A stretch of 43,719 nt of DNA, taken from Armatimonadota bacterium. Lineage in GTDB: Bacteria > Armatimonadota > Armatimonadia > Armatimonadales > Armatimonadaceae. Below the pieces are notes generated by a model that was given only the letters and a program-made list of their open reading frames with translations, was not told where the DNA came from and did not search any database. Where the stretch lies: assembly GCA_043754515.1 (NCBI GenBank), contig JAYUUO010000098.1, positions 1-43,719 of the forward strand, given 5' to 3'. Below are positions 1 to 9,134 of the stretch, one piece after another. The stretch's first letter is position 1; every line of letters begins with the position of its first letter. Made by a program: the position numbers and the translations under genes.

Positions 1-99
1 CAACCTGTCAGAAGCAAGGAATGGGATTATTACGCAGCCTGCAATCCATCTTCGCGGGATCGGTGATGATGCCAAACTTCGTACCGCCTGAATAGTTAC
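1..99 (+). mobile_element. 3' end of IS66-family element (transposase C-terminus <1..95 plus right terminal repeat)
   Basis: Frame from nt 3 reads TCQKQGMGLLRSLQSIFAGSVMMPNFVPPE* (TAG 93-95), resembling IS66 transposase C-termini; it runs into CTGAATAGTTAC ending at 99, matching the GTAA...TTAC ends of IS66. Confidence 0.75.
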
Positions 100-254
100 C
101 TATAAAGTGGAATTTGCGCCTCTTCATCGGTATGGTGCGACGCGACTGTGGCACCTACCACTTCGCGAACGATATCCTCCTGTGTGATGCCGCTATACAG
201 CGACTGGAACAGATGTGGGCCGTTAAACAGAAGGCGACGGCGGGGGACGATGGT

Positions 255-896
255 ATGGATCAGGAGCGGGAGACGCGCAAGGAGATCAACCTGCGCTTGT
301 GGGTCGCCCGCGACCGCGCGGCACAGCTACTCGACCGCATTGAGGAGACGCCCGGCGTAGGTGACATCCAGAAAAAGGTACTGCGCAAAGTATTGAACGG
401 GGTAAGCCCGACGGCACCCGCGAACAATCAGGTCATCCGCCCCCTGCTCCCGACGAATTTATACGCGGTTTGCGGGGTCGGCGGTGTCAACCGGCTTTTC
501 TGGAGGTATCCGCTGGTATCGGCGGCGGTGCGGTACGAGATTCAAGCCGCGATCGGTTGCCAGGGGACGGATGGCAACCCGTCCGAGACGTGGAATTATC
601 AGGTTGTTACGACGAACAGCGAAACGAGTCACGCGCATCGCGCGGGGGGAACGTTCGAAGTAGCCGCGCGACCAGGCTCGCGGGTTCGGTATCGAGTTCG
701 GGCTATCCTTAACGGTCAGCCAAGCGACTGGAGTAATACGGTGGTGGCATTTTGTGTCGGCGACGACGTGGGCACCCCGCGACACACCCCCGCAGGCAAG
801 AGATCGTTCTGGAGTCAGTTCGTTGAGGTGCAGAGGATGCCGGAGGCGAAGGTACAGTTCGAATGGCAGGGTGCCCCGGACGAAGCGACGGGGTGA
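255..896 (+). CDS. hypothetical protein with fibronectin type III-like C-terminal beta domain
   Basis: ORF 114..896, ATG 255 plausible start; W...Y-E-I...YRVRA...PSDWSNTV pattern resembles FnIII. Confidence 0.55.
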   Translation: MDQERETRKEINLRLWVARDRAAQLLDRIEETPGVGDIQKKVLRKVLNGVSPTAPANNQVIRPLLPTNLYAVCGVGGVNRLFWRYPLVSAAVRYEIQAAIGCQGTDGNPSETWNYQVVTTNSETSHAHRAGGTFEVAARPGSRVRYRVRAILNGQPSDWSNTVVAFCVGDDVGTPRHTPAGKRSFWSQFVEVQRMPEAKVQFEWQGAPDEATG

Positions 897-987
897 GGAA
901 ACGCGGCCATCGGAATGGTGGCATCCGAGAAGGCGGGCCGGATATCCGCCCGCCGGTGTCTCATGTGCTATACTTGACCCGTCCCAT

Positions 988-1668
988 ATGAGGATGCGAA
1001 AGGACGACAGCGACACCGTGTTTGATTCGTATGAGGCGGAGGTGGGGGGGTTAGAAGCGAGGACGTTCGGGAACACCGTGGTGCCCGTCGTTATTGCGCC
1101 AGGTGGCGTCGTTTTTTACGGCAGTTCATCCATGCGGCTCTGGGATACATTGCCGACTGACATCGGGCCGATGACGGGGCAACCGCCGCGTACGCTGGTC
1201 AATCTGGGGTTCGGTGGCTCGACTCTCGCGGCGTGCGCACACTTTTTCGACCGGCTACCCGGACGCTTTTCGCGAAGCGCGCCTCCCCTTCGCTCACTCG
1301 TGTTCTACGCCGGGGAGAACGACCTCGGAGACGGACAAACAGTGGACGCCGTATTCGATTCGTTCGTCTGGCTCCACGCGCTGGTGCGTGATCGCCTCCC
1401 CCGCGTGCCCTTTGCCTTTCTTTCAATCAAGCCGTCACCCGCCCGTCAGCCGGTGATGGCGAACATCCGCGCGGTGAATGCACGGATCAGGGAGAGGATC
1501 ACGGAGCGGCCGGAAAGCGTTTTCGTGGACGTGTACAGCGAGATGGTTGACGCGGCGGGTGCCCCGCTGCCCGAACTCTGGACCAGCGATGGGATACACA
1601 TGAGTCGCGCCGGGTATGAGTGTTGGACCTTGGTGTTGTCCCGCTACAAGGAAACACTGTTCGAGTAG
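988..1668 (+). CDS. GDSL/SGNH family hydrolase
   Basis: Blocks FYGSSS, NLGFGG, YAGEND and DGIH; start ATG 988 or 994; TG-C-TATACT at 966-974 upstream. Confidence 0.85.
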   Translation: MRMRKDDSDTVFDSYEAEVGGLEARTFGNTVVPVVIAPGGVVFYGSSSMRLWDTLPTDIGPMTGQPPRTLVNLGFGGSTLAACAHFFDRLPGRFSRSAPPLRSLVFYAGENDLGDGQTVDAVFDSFVWLHALVRDRLPRVPFAFLSIKPSPARQPVMANIRAVNARIRERITERPESVFVDVYSEMVDAAGAPLPELWTSDGIHMSRAGYECWTLVLSRYKETLFE

Positions 1669-1737
1669 ATATCGTCATAGGGTATTGTGTCTTAGGGAGT
1701 CACTCTTGAAACACCTTCCCGTCCGGAGACAGACGCC

Positions 1738-2466
1738 ATGAACCGCGAATATCACAAGTGGTACAGCCCGCACATCGGTCGGGAGATGGAGTTGCTCGTC
1801 TTCGGCTCGTCTGGGGCGCGGGTGATCGTGTTCCCCACTCGCGACGGTAGGTTCTTCGATTACGAGAACTGGCGCATGGTGGCCGCGATGGAAGACAAGA
1901 TAGAGTCTGGTTGCTTGCAACTTTTTTGCGTGGACTCAGTAGACCGGGAGTCATTGTACGCGGACTGGGCGGTTCCCAGCGACCGGATGAAGCGGCACCT
2001 CGACTACGAAAATTATATTCTGGATGAGGTTGCCCCGTTCTCCGCGCGGCACAATCCGGGGATCACGCTGATTTCGCACGGTTGCAGTCTCGGCGCGTAT
2101 CACGCGATGAATATCGCGCTACGGCATCCGGACAGGTTCGGGAAGGTGGTCGCTCTTTCCGGACGCTATGACCTGACGGAGTCGCTCGGCTCGTTCCGCG
2201 GGTTATTCGACGGACACTACGACGACCTAGTCTACTTCAATAACCCCTCCCACTTCCTTCCCGGCATAAATGACGGGGCGATACTCGAACGGTTGCGGCG
2301 CATGGAGATTATTTTCGCGATCGGGAAGGAGGATACTTTCGTCGGAAACAATAGGGCACTTTCGGAGGCTATGGACGACAAGTGCATCCCGCACACCTTC
2401 GCGGAGTGGGACGGCGAGGCGCACCGCGCCCGCGAATGGCGGCAGATGGTACGCTGTTACCTCTAA
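1738..2466 (+). CDS. alpha/beta-hydrolase esterase family protein
   Basis: GCSLG nucleophile elbow, C-terminal H (GEAH), GGAG SD. Confidence 0.85.
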   Translation: MNREYHKWYSPHIGREMELLVFGSSGARVIVFPTRDGRFFDYENWRMVAAMEDKIESGCLQLFCVDSVDRESLYADWAVPSDRMKRHLDYENYILDEVAPFSARHNPGITLISHGCSLGAYHAMNIALRHPDRFGKVVALSGRYDLTESLGSFRGLFDGHYDDLVYFNNPSHFLPGINDGAILERLRRMEIIFAIGKEDTFVGNNRALSEAMDDKCIPHTFAEWDGEAHRAREWRQMVRCYL

Positions 2467-2497
2467 CAAATGGGCCTCCGCTAGATCGGTGGCGCGA

Positions 2498-3286
2498 TCA
2501 TCGCTCGCGCACGGGGCGCGAACACAGCACTTCGTAGCGGTGCCGCATGGCCCGCCCCGCGAGAAGCACGGGAGTCCCGGAAAAGTGCCAGAACGTATGT
2601 TTCTCTGGATGAAGCGCGTGCCTACTGAGCGGGACGAGGCGGAGCGCAAGCCAGTGGAGGGGAAAGTAGACCACGCCGGTGCGCTCGGTTCCGCTCAGTA
2701 GGCACGCGCGGATCAGTTAGTTGAATGCGACCTGATCACGCCATATCTTCTTGAAAGGGGTGTTCATCTCGAACACCTTCCGCCCGGCGAAGCGGGCGCA
2801 GACCGCCTCCCATTGTTGCATTACGAGCGCGAACCGTGCCCCGGAGAGCAAAAACTGACCAGCATTGATCGGGTGTTTGTACCAGTTCCGCCACTACGTC
2901 AGGGCGTCGAAGTAGAGCGCGTCAATGACACCCATCGTGCAGTACCGGTCGTCCTGCGGAAAGTACATAAATGTGTCGTCGCACGCGAGAAGATCGCTCA
3001 CATCGCGGCATGTCAATATGTCACTGTCCAGGAACAGAACGCGGTCGTAGTCGGAGAACGGAAAATGATGGTAGCAGGTGATACGGATCTTCACCGCCTC
3101 GTTCGAGTCTGGGAGCGGCACCACCCGGTTCGCGACGTCTGGATAATGGAATGGCCGGTCGGAGAAAACTAGCACCTCGCCGGTGAAGTTGCCGAAACGC
3201 CTGAGCGCGTCTATGGACAGGCGCGCGTTGTCGCAATATGCGTCGTCGCCGAACACCGTGTAGTAGACGAGGTTACGTGCTATCAC
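2498..3286 (-). pseudogene. GT-A (GT8-like) glycosyltransferase interrupted by two in-frame stops
   Basis: RVLFLDSD (DxD); the same frame continues past TAG 2894-2896 (INAG, DQVAFN) and TAA 2717-2719 (FWHFSG) to TGA 2498-2500. Confidence 0.75.
2614..2709. repeat. perfect 19-bp inverted repeat with 58-bp spacer
   Basis: GCGCGTGCCTACTGAGCGG (2614-2632) and CCGCTCAGTAGGCACGCGC (2691-2709). Confidence 0.95.
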
Positions 3287-3292
3287 GCCGGG

Positions 3293-4141
3293 CTAGGCAC
3301 CAGTTTCAAACTCGAGCGAGATGTCGAGCGCGGGCGCGGAGTGCGTCAGGGCACCGACCGAGATCAGGTCCACGCCAGTTTTCGCTATCGCCGCGACCGT
3401 TGTCAAATTGACGCCGCCCGATGCTTCCGTCGCCGCGCGTCCGCCGATGATAGCTACCGATTCCACCAGCAATTCGAGCGTCATGTTGTCGAGCAAAATG
3501 ATGTCCGCTTCGGCCTCCACCGCCGCGCGAACCTCATCCGTCGTTTTGCACTCGACCTCGATTTTGAGCGTGTGCCCGACCTCTCGCCGCGCTCGCGCGA
3601 CGGTTTCCGCGACCCCCCCACCCGCCGCCAGGTGATTGTCCTTGATCAGGACGCAGTCGTACAGGCCAAACCGGTGGTTGTAGCCGCCGCCGCACCGCAC
3701 CGCGTACTTTTCCAGTACCCGCAGTCCGGGCGTAGTTTTACGCGTATCGACGATCCGCGCCGTCGTTCCTTCGGCGAGCGCGACGAAGCGGGCGGTTAGC
3801 GTCGCGGTGCCGCACATGCGTTGCAGAATGTTGAGCGCGACCCGCTCCGCCGACAGCATCCCCCGCGCCGGTCCCGTGATCGTAGCAAGAGGCTGACCAC
3901 TCGTAATCCGCTCCCCATCGCTCGCGTGCGGCTCCCAAACGATATGACGATCCACCAAGGAGAAGACGCGGCAGGCGATGGCGAGTCCCGCCAGCACGCC
4001 GTCCGATTTGGCGAGAACGGTGGCACGCGCGATCCGGTCAGCCGGAATCGTGACGGCGGAGGTGATGTCGCCGGTGCCGATGTCCTCGGCGAGGCTACGT
4101 TCTAAAATCGGCTCGTAGCTGAGCGGGAGCGGGTGTTGCAT
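3293..4141 (-). CDS. nadC: nicotinate-nucleotide diphosphorylase (carboxylating)
   Basis: ED.G.GDITS, DTRKTTPG, NHRFGL, LIKDNH, ILLDNM, EASGG, ISVGALTHS motifs. Confidence 0.97.
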   Translation of the reverse strand: MQHPLPLSYEPILERSLAEDIGTGDITSAVTIPADRIARATVLAKSDGVLAGLAIACRVFSLVDRHIVWEPHASDGERITSGQPLATITGPARGMLSAERVALNILQRMCGTATLTARFVALAEGTTARIVDTRKTTPGLRVLEKYAVRCGGGYNHRFGLYDCVLIKDNHLAAGGGVAETVARARREVGHTLKIEVECKTTDEVRAAVEAEADIILLDNMTLELLVESVAIIGGRAATEASGGVNLTTVAAIAKTGVDLISVGALTHSAPALDISLEFETGA

Positions 4142-4170
4142 GAACGCAGTTTACCCCGTAGCATGGCGGT
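4142..4170. promoter_or_regulatory. 29-bp divergent promoter with two back-to-back -10 boxes (probable leaderless starts)
   Basis: Minus: TAAACT (4153-4148) 6 nt before nadC ATG; plus: TAGCAT (4159-4164) 6 nt before rsmE ATG; no SD on either side. Confidence 0.7.
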
Positions 4171-4923
4171 ATGTCATCCGTGCCGCGCTTTTTCGTCCCC
4201 CCCGCCGCAATTGATGGCGACACGGTTACCCTGCCCCCTGACGCCGTGCACCACGCGGTCGGCGTTCTGCGGCTCCGCGAGGGGGAGGCGATCCTCGTCC
4301 ACGACAACACGGGCGACGGGTTCCTCTGTCGTCTCGTTCGGGTGTCGCCCAAGTCGGTGACCGCCGCCATCGAGTCGCGATTCACCGCGCCGACCGAGCC
4401 GCGTACACGCGTCACGGTGGCACAGGTTCTACCGAAGACCACGGAGAAGGTCGAGCAGGTTTTGCAACACGGGACTGAAGTGGGCGCGGACGGCTTTGTT
4501 CTGTTCCAGTCAGAGCGCAGCGTGGCGCGGATGGAACAGAAGGACAAGATCGAGAAGCGCATCGAGCGGTGGCAGGGGATCATCCAGGGCGCGGCGGAGC
4601 AGTCGGGGCGCGGAAGACTCCCCACCGTTCAGTGGGAGCGGCATGTGCCCGATGTCGCGCGGCGCGCCGGGGAGTGGGACGCGGCACTTACCCTGCACGA
4701 GTCGGCTAGCATGCCCCTCCGAGACGCACTGAAAAATAAGCCGTGCGCGGACGCCGTTCGTCTCCTGGTGTTGATCGGCCCCGAAGGCGGGTTCACGCGG
4801 GACGAGGTAGACGCGTTCGCGAGAGCGGGTGCCGTGCCCGTCTCGCTCGGCCCGCGCGTGCTACGCACCGAGACGGCCGCGCTCGTCGCGCTGGCGCAGA
4901 TACTCTACGCGCGCTCCGAATAA
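4171..4923 (+). CDS. rsmE: 16S rRNA m3U1498 methyltransferase
   Basis: H..VLRL, TEVG, AAEQSGR, IGPEGGF, SLGPRVLRTETA. Confidence 0.96.
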   Translation: MSSVPRFFVPPAAIDGDTVTLPPDAVHHAVGVLRLREGEAILVHDNTGDGFLCRLVRVSPKSVTAAIESRFTAPTEPRTRVTVAQVLPKTTEKVEQVLQHGTEVGADGFVLFQSERSVARMEQKDKIEKRIERWQGIIQGAAEQSGRGRLPTVQWERHVPDVARRAGEWDAALTLHESASMPLRDALKNKPCADAVRLLVLIGPEGGFTRDEVDAFARAGAVPVSLGPRVLRTETAALVALAQILYARSE

Positions 4924-4941
4924 AAAATTGGCGCGAACCGC

Positions 4942-4971
4942 TTGTCAGACGGTAGTACCGCGTGTTACAAT
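4942..4971 (+). promoter_or_regulatory. sigma70-type promoter
   Basis: TTGTCA-18-TACAAT with extended -10 TG. Confidence 0.6.
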
Positions 4972-5036
4972 CCCGCATCGGTCTTTTGGTACGTGTGAGG
5001 TAATTCACACGCCTGCCGATTCCCCGAGGAGCGATT

Positions 5037-5465
5037 ATGTCCGAAGAGTCCGAAGAAAGTTTTGTGTTTCGCGACCGCCGCCGCGCCGCCACACCGGAGG
5101 CACTTACGCCGCCCGCCACCGTTCCCGCGCCGATAGCGGAACCCGAAGGCGACGCGTACGATGACGCGCTGATGCCAGAGGAAGAGGGCGCGGAGCAGGG
5201 CGGGGCGCTCCCCGACGTGTATTCCGTGCTGGCACTATTTCTCCAAGAATTGCGGTCTCTGGCCTGGCTCCGGATGGGACTGGTTGCCAACCCTTCGACC
5301 GGACAGATCGAGCGCGACATGGATCAGGCCCGCGTCGCGATTGACACCGTCGCCTTTCTCGGCAGCCAACTCGAACCGGTCGTCGCTCCCGAAGAGCGTC
5401 TGCCCTTGAAGGCGTTAGTGAGTGACTTGCAGATCAACTACGTCGAGCAAAGCAAGCGTGCCTGA
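5037..5465 (+). CDS. DUF1844 domain-containing protein
   Basis: MG...NP..G...D...AR..ID......L..L.. LQ..YV pattern; GAGGAG SD. Confidence 0.8.
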   Translation: MSEESEESFVFRDRRRAATPEALTPPATVPAPIAEPEGDAYDDALMPEEEGAEQGGALPDVYSVLALFLQELRSLAWLRMGLVANPSTGQIERDMDQARVAIDTVAFLGSQLEPVVAPEERLPLKALVSDLQINYVEQSKRA

Positions 5466-5625
5466 TACGGCGACGATTCATAGCATGACACGGGTTGAGA
5501 GCGAGATCTTTGCTCCCCGCGCCGCGCGAGTTTGAGAGTGAGCGAGCCAAGATTTGCAATGTCGCCTGATGAATAAGGGTTCGTTTAGCGGTCGCCTGAA
5601 GCGATCGAGAAGGAGTTAAAAGCGG

Positions 5626-6204
5626 TTGATTAGAACAAGCCTCCCTATACCGCCCGCCGAACAGTTCCGGTTACGGCTCGAACTCGCCGCCCGGCGCACC
5701 CGTCGCGCCCTGGAGCAACGCCGCCGTGATCTGCGCTCCGGTGCCGAAACCGCGCTACGCGTCGCCACGGAAGCCCCGCGCGTGCTCCATGATAACTATC
5801 TGCGCACACGTTGGCAGGATGACTTGAAGCGAGAACGCGCCAGTTTCGACGAATTTTATGGGCATTACGACATGCTGGTTGGATTACTATGCCTCGCCGC
5901 ACATGAGGGTAACAGCGCGAAAATCGAGACGGAGTACAAGGAAAGGCGCGGCTTCTTCGTCGGCCACTATCCCCGGATCAAGCAGTACCTGACGGCACAC
6001 CTCGCCGCCGACGCGAACGACACTCTGCCAACGCTCTTCGGGCGTCGGGCGTGCGACGCGTTCGAGGCGATGTTCGCCCCGCTCAGCGTCGCCGCGCTAC
6101 TCGAAACCGACAACGGACACCTGATCGGCCGGATGATGCGCTCCAACGCTGCGCTGGCGGGATGGGAGAGCGATCTGGAGATGCGCGAAACGACCGCTAG
6201 ATAG
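5626..6204 (+). CDS. hypothetical protein (helical)
   Basis: TTG start after AAGGAG SD; coding-like composition; no recognised motif. Confidence 0.7.
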   Translation: MIRTSLPIPPAEQFRLRLELAARRTRRALEQRRRDLRSGAETALRVATEAPRVLHDNYLRTRWQDDLKRERASFDEFYGHYDMLVGLLCLAAHEGNSAKIETEYKERRGFFVGHYPRIKQYLTAHLAADANDTLPTLFGRRACDAFEAMFAPLSVAALLETDNGHLIGRMMRSNAALAGWESDLEMRETTAR

Positions 6205-6261
6205 GCGGCCGGGTTTGCCCCCCTACCCGATGAGCCTGTATTGCGTGACCGTGGCGGAATC

Positions 6262-6642
6262 CTAAACCGCGACAGTCGCATCTTGCGCCTGCGCCGCCGC
6301 CGCCTGTGCCTCCCCGACGCCTGGGTGCAGCTCGAAGATCTTGATCAGGCGCGTTATCTCGAACGCCCTCTGGACGAACGGCGCGACGCGCACTAGATAG
6401 ATGCCGCCACTGTTTTCCCGTGCCCGCCTTACCGCGTCAACCAGCACGCCCAAAGCCGCCGAATCGAGGTAAGGTACCTCACCCAGATCAAGAATCAGGC
6501 GGAACTCGCCCCGGTCCATCAGACTTTGCAACGCCGCGCGTAGCTCTGGGCATGTGTGCAGATCTATCTCCCCCTTCAGGTGCAAGACGGGCACGTCTTC
6601 ACTTCCGGGGGTCTCGTCAACCGTTATTTCTAATCCCTGCAA
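6262..6642 (-). CDS. STAS-domain anti-sigma factor antagonist (RsbV/SpoIIAA family)
   Basis: GEIDL, LILDL..V.YLDSAALG; TTG start at 6642 after GGAGG. Confidence 0.92.
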   Translation of the reverse strand: MQGLEITVDETPGSEDVPVLHLKGEIDLHTCPELRAALQSLMDRGEFRLILDLGEVPYLDSAALGVLVDAVRRARENSGGIYLVRVAPFVQRAFEITRLIKIFELHPGVGEAQAAAAQAQDATVAV

Positions 6643-6768
6643 ATCGCTCTCCTCCGCTCTCGTACGATGGCGACGCGTCAACGCGGATCGCCGAACCGGG
6701 TCGAAAATCAGTATACCCTATCGCCATTCTTATACCACGTAGTCGCCATGAAACCAACGTTTTAGCGA

Positions 6769-8307
6769 CTAATCCTCCATCGCCTCCGCGAACTTTTCGC
6801 GCGGTGCCCACGCAAGATCCAGATTCCGCGCGGCGAAAGCCTCGTCCAGACGACGGACGGGGGCGACATGAGGGGCGTCCCGTATCACTTGCGGGTTCGT
6901 CGCTGCCTCAACCGCGATGGCTTCGAGCGCGACGATGAACGCGTCCAGCGTCTCCACACTCTCCGTTTCGGTCGGCTCGATCATCAGACACTCGGGGACG
7001 ATGAGCGGGAAGTACATCGTCGGCGGATGGTACCCATAATCGATAATACGCTTGGCGACATCCAGAGCCTTCACGCCATACTTTTTCCAGTCCTTCAGAG
7101 TGAAGACACACTCGTGCATACACGTCCTGTCGTACGCGACCGGCAAGGTGGCACCGATGCGGACTCTCAAATAGTTGGCGTTGAGAACCGCGTTTTCGGA
7201 TATTTGTGCCAGGTTCTCGCGCCCATAGTGGCGGATATAAGCGTAGGCGCGGACCACGGCAAGGAACGCGCCCGCGAACGGTGCCACCTTGCCCACGGAG
7301 AGTGGGCGGTGGTAATCAAGCCCGAAGGTGCCATCTTCGTTCTTCACCGCTTGCGGGACGGGCAGGAACGGCTCCAATATTTTTTTTACGCCGACCGGAC
7401 CCGACCCTGGTCCCCCCCCGCCGTGTGGGACGGAGAACGTCTTGTGCAGATTGACGTGCATCACGTCGAAGCCCATGTCGCCTGGCCGGACGGTGCCGAC
7501 TAGCGCGTTCATGTTCGCCCCGTCTCCGTACATCAGGCCCCCCGCGTCGTGGATCAGTTGGGAGATCTCCAGGATGTCGGTCTCGAACAGGCCCACCGTG
7601 TTCGGGTTGGTGAGCATGAAACCGGCTAGCCCGTCCCGGTGCTTCCCAATCTGGGCGCGCAAGTGATCCATATCAACCAGGCCCCGTGCGTCGGTATCCA
7701 CCGGCACGGTTTTGTAGCCGCACCGCGCGGCGGACGCCGGGTTGGTGCCATGCGCTGCGGTCGGCACGATTACGAATTTGCGGTGGCTCTCGCCCCGGTG
7801 CGCGTGATAGGCGCGGATCAGCATCATGCCGAGCAGTTCGCCGTGCGCGCCCGCCGCCGGATGGAGCGACACCGCGTCCATGCCCAGGATCGCGGACAGG
7901 TTTTTCTGCATCGCATGCAACACCTCCAGCGCGCCCTGTGCCGTGTTCTCGGGCTGGTATGGGTGGATGCGGGCAAATCCGGGCATGTTGACGGCAACGT
8001 CGTTTATCTTTGGATTGTACTTCATGGTACAAGAGCCGAGCGGATAAAAGCCTTTGTCCACACAGTAGTTGAGCGAGGACATCTTGTTGAAATGACGCGT
8101 CACCTCGCCCTCCGTGACTTCGGGGAGGGGTAGATCCGAGCGTAGTGCCACGCCAGGCAACATGTCGCTCAGATTAGTCTCCGGTACGTCGCAGGCGGGC
8201 ATGGCTACGCCGACGCGACCGGGGCGGGAGATCTCAAAAATCGTCGGGAGCAACACGCGGGGCACAGTCGCGGGAACGGCGTTGTCGCTCACGGGCGAAA
8301 CATTCAT
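6769..8307 (-). CDS. gcvPB: glycine dehydrogenase (decarboxylating) subunit 2
   Basis: YPLGSCTMKYNP, AGAHGE, HGTNPASA, LTNPNT, NLHKTF (PLP Lys), PHGGGGPG, IEPTETES; start MNVSP at 8307. Confidence 0.96.
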   Translation of the reverse strand: MNVSPVSDNAVPATVPRVLLPTIFEISRPGRVGVAMPACDVPETNLSDMLPGVALRSDLPLPEVTEGEVTRHFNKMSSLNYCVDKGFYPLGSCTMKYNPKINDVAVNMPGFARIHPYQPENTAQGALEVLHAMQKNLSAILGMDAVSLHPAAGAHGELLGMMLIRAYHAHRGESHRKFVIVPTAAHGTNPASAARCGYKTVPVDTDARGLVDMDHLRAQIGKHRDGLAGFMLTNPNTVGLFETDILEISQLIHDAGGLMYGDGANMNALVGTVRPGDMGFDVMHVNLHKTFSVPHGGGGPGSGPVGVKKILEPFLPVPQAVKNEDGTFGLDYHRPLSVGKVAPFAGAFLAVVRAYAYIRHYGRENLAQISENAVLNANYLRVRIGATLPVAYDRTCMHECVFTLKDWKKYGVKALDVAKRIIDYGYHPPTMYFPLIVPECLMIEPTETESVETLDAFIVALEAIAVEAATNPQVIRDAPHVAPVRRLDEAFAARNLDLAWAPREKFAEAMED

Positions 8308-8407
8308 CAAATGACTGGACTTTCCAATACACAGGGTACTTCTATTATACCGCGCCTGACGGCGTTTCACGCATCGCGGCAGGGGCGGTTCGTGGTACAG
8401 TATTCGC

Positions 8408-9118
8408 ATGGCGGCACCCGTAAAAACTGGAGCGTTGCGCACGTTGGGCCGCGTTTTCACGGCCCTCGGTGTTGCCACCGTGCTAGCGGGCGGGGCGGGT
8501 TTAGTCGTCGCCTCGGCACTCCCCTGGGCGATCTTCACGGTGCTACGGACAGAAATTTCGATTCCCGGCATCGCGCTCGGCTGGGGCGGCGTGACGGCGG
8601 GCCTGGGTATACTCGTGATCGCGCAGTTCGGCTTCGTTCGCCGTTTCGCTTGGTTGGGAATCATGCTCGGGCTACTAGCGGCGTACCTCGGCAACCGCGC
8701 CGGGAATGAAACCGGCAAAGCCGTGGTCGGATGCCTACTCACTGTTCAGCGGCGTCTGTCACCGATCAACTCCCGGCTAGCCCAACTGAATCTACCCCCC
8801 ATCGAGCCAGTCGGGGAGACGGTAGGGTCACGCCGCGATCATGTCGGGCCGGGTCCTGGATATACGGTATGGGCGGGTGCCGTTGTCGCCGGAGGCGCGC
8901 TATTACTTCTTGCGGGTGAGCGTTTGCGGCACACGTGCGGCAACTGTCGGCGGGCATGGTCGGCGCGGCACGGCGAAGCGATCCCTTTCTGCCCATATTG
9001 CGGGGCGCGAACGAGCACGGCGGTTATCTGCGCCCGATGTGCCGCACCGATTCTTCGCGGGGAGCGGTTCTGCGCGGTGTGCGGATCGGGAACTTCCTCC
9101 GCACATCCCTCGATATGA
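8408..9118 (+). CDS. membrane protein with C-terminal double zinc ribbon
   Basis: Several TM segments, four CxxC motifs (CGNC, CPYC, CARC, CAVC); TG-G-TACAGT 6 nt before ATG. Confidence 0.75.
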   Translation: MAAPVKTGALRTLGRVFTALGVATVLAGGAGLVVASALPWAIFTVLRTEISIPGIALGWGGVTAGLGILVIAQFGFVRRFAWLGIMLGLLAAYLGNRAGNETGKAVVGCLLTVQRRLSPINSRLAQLNLPPIEPVGETVGSRRDHVGPGPGYTVWAGAVVAGGALLLLAGERLRHTCGNCRRAWSARHGEAIPFCPYCGARTSTAVICARCAAPILRGERFCAVCGSGTSSAHPSI

Positions 9119-9134
9119 CTACGGAAGTAGTTTC

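Noticed and set aside
2717..2896. Stop-codon recoding (pyrrolysine or alternative code) in the GT gene
   Set aside because: One stop is TAA, and TAG terminates many normal genes in this window.
5466..5625. Short repeats (TTGAGAG x2, GTCGCCTGA x2) in the intergenic region
   Set aside because: Too short and irregular to support an ncRNA or operator call.
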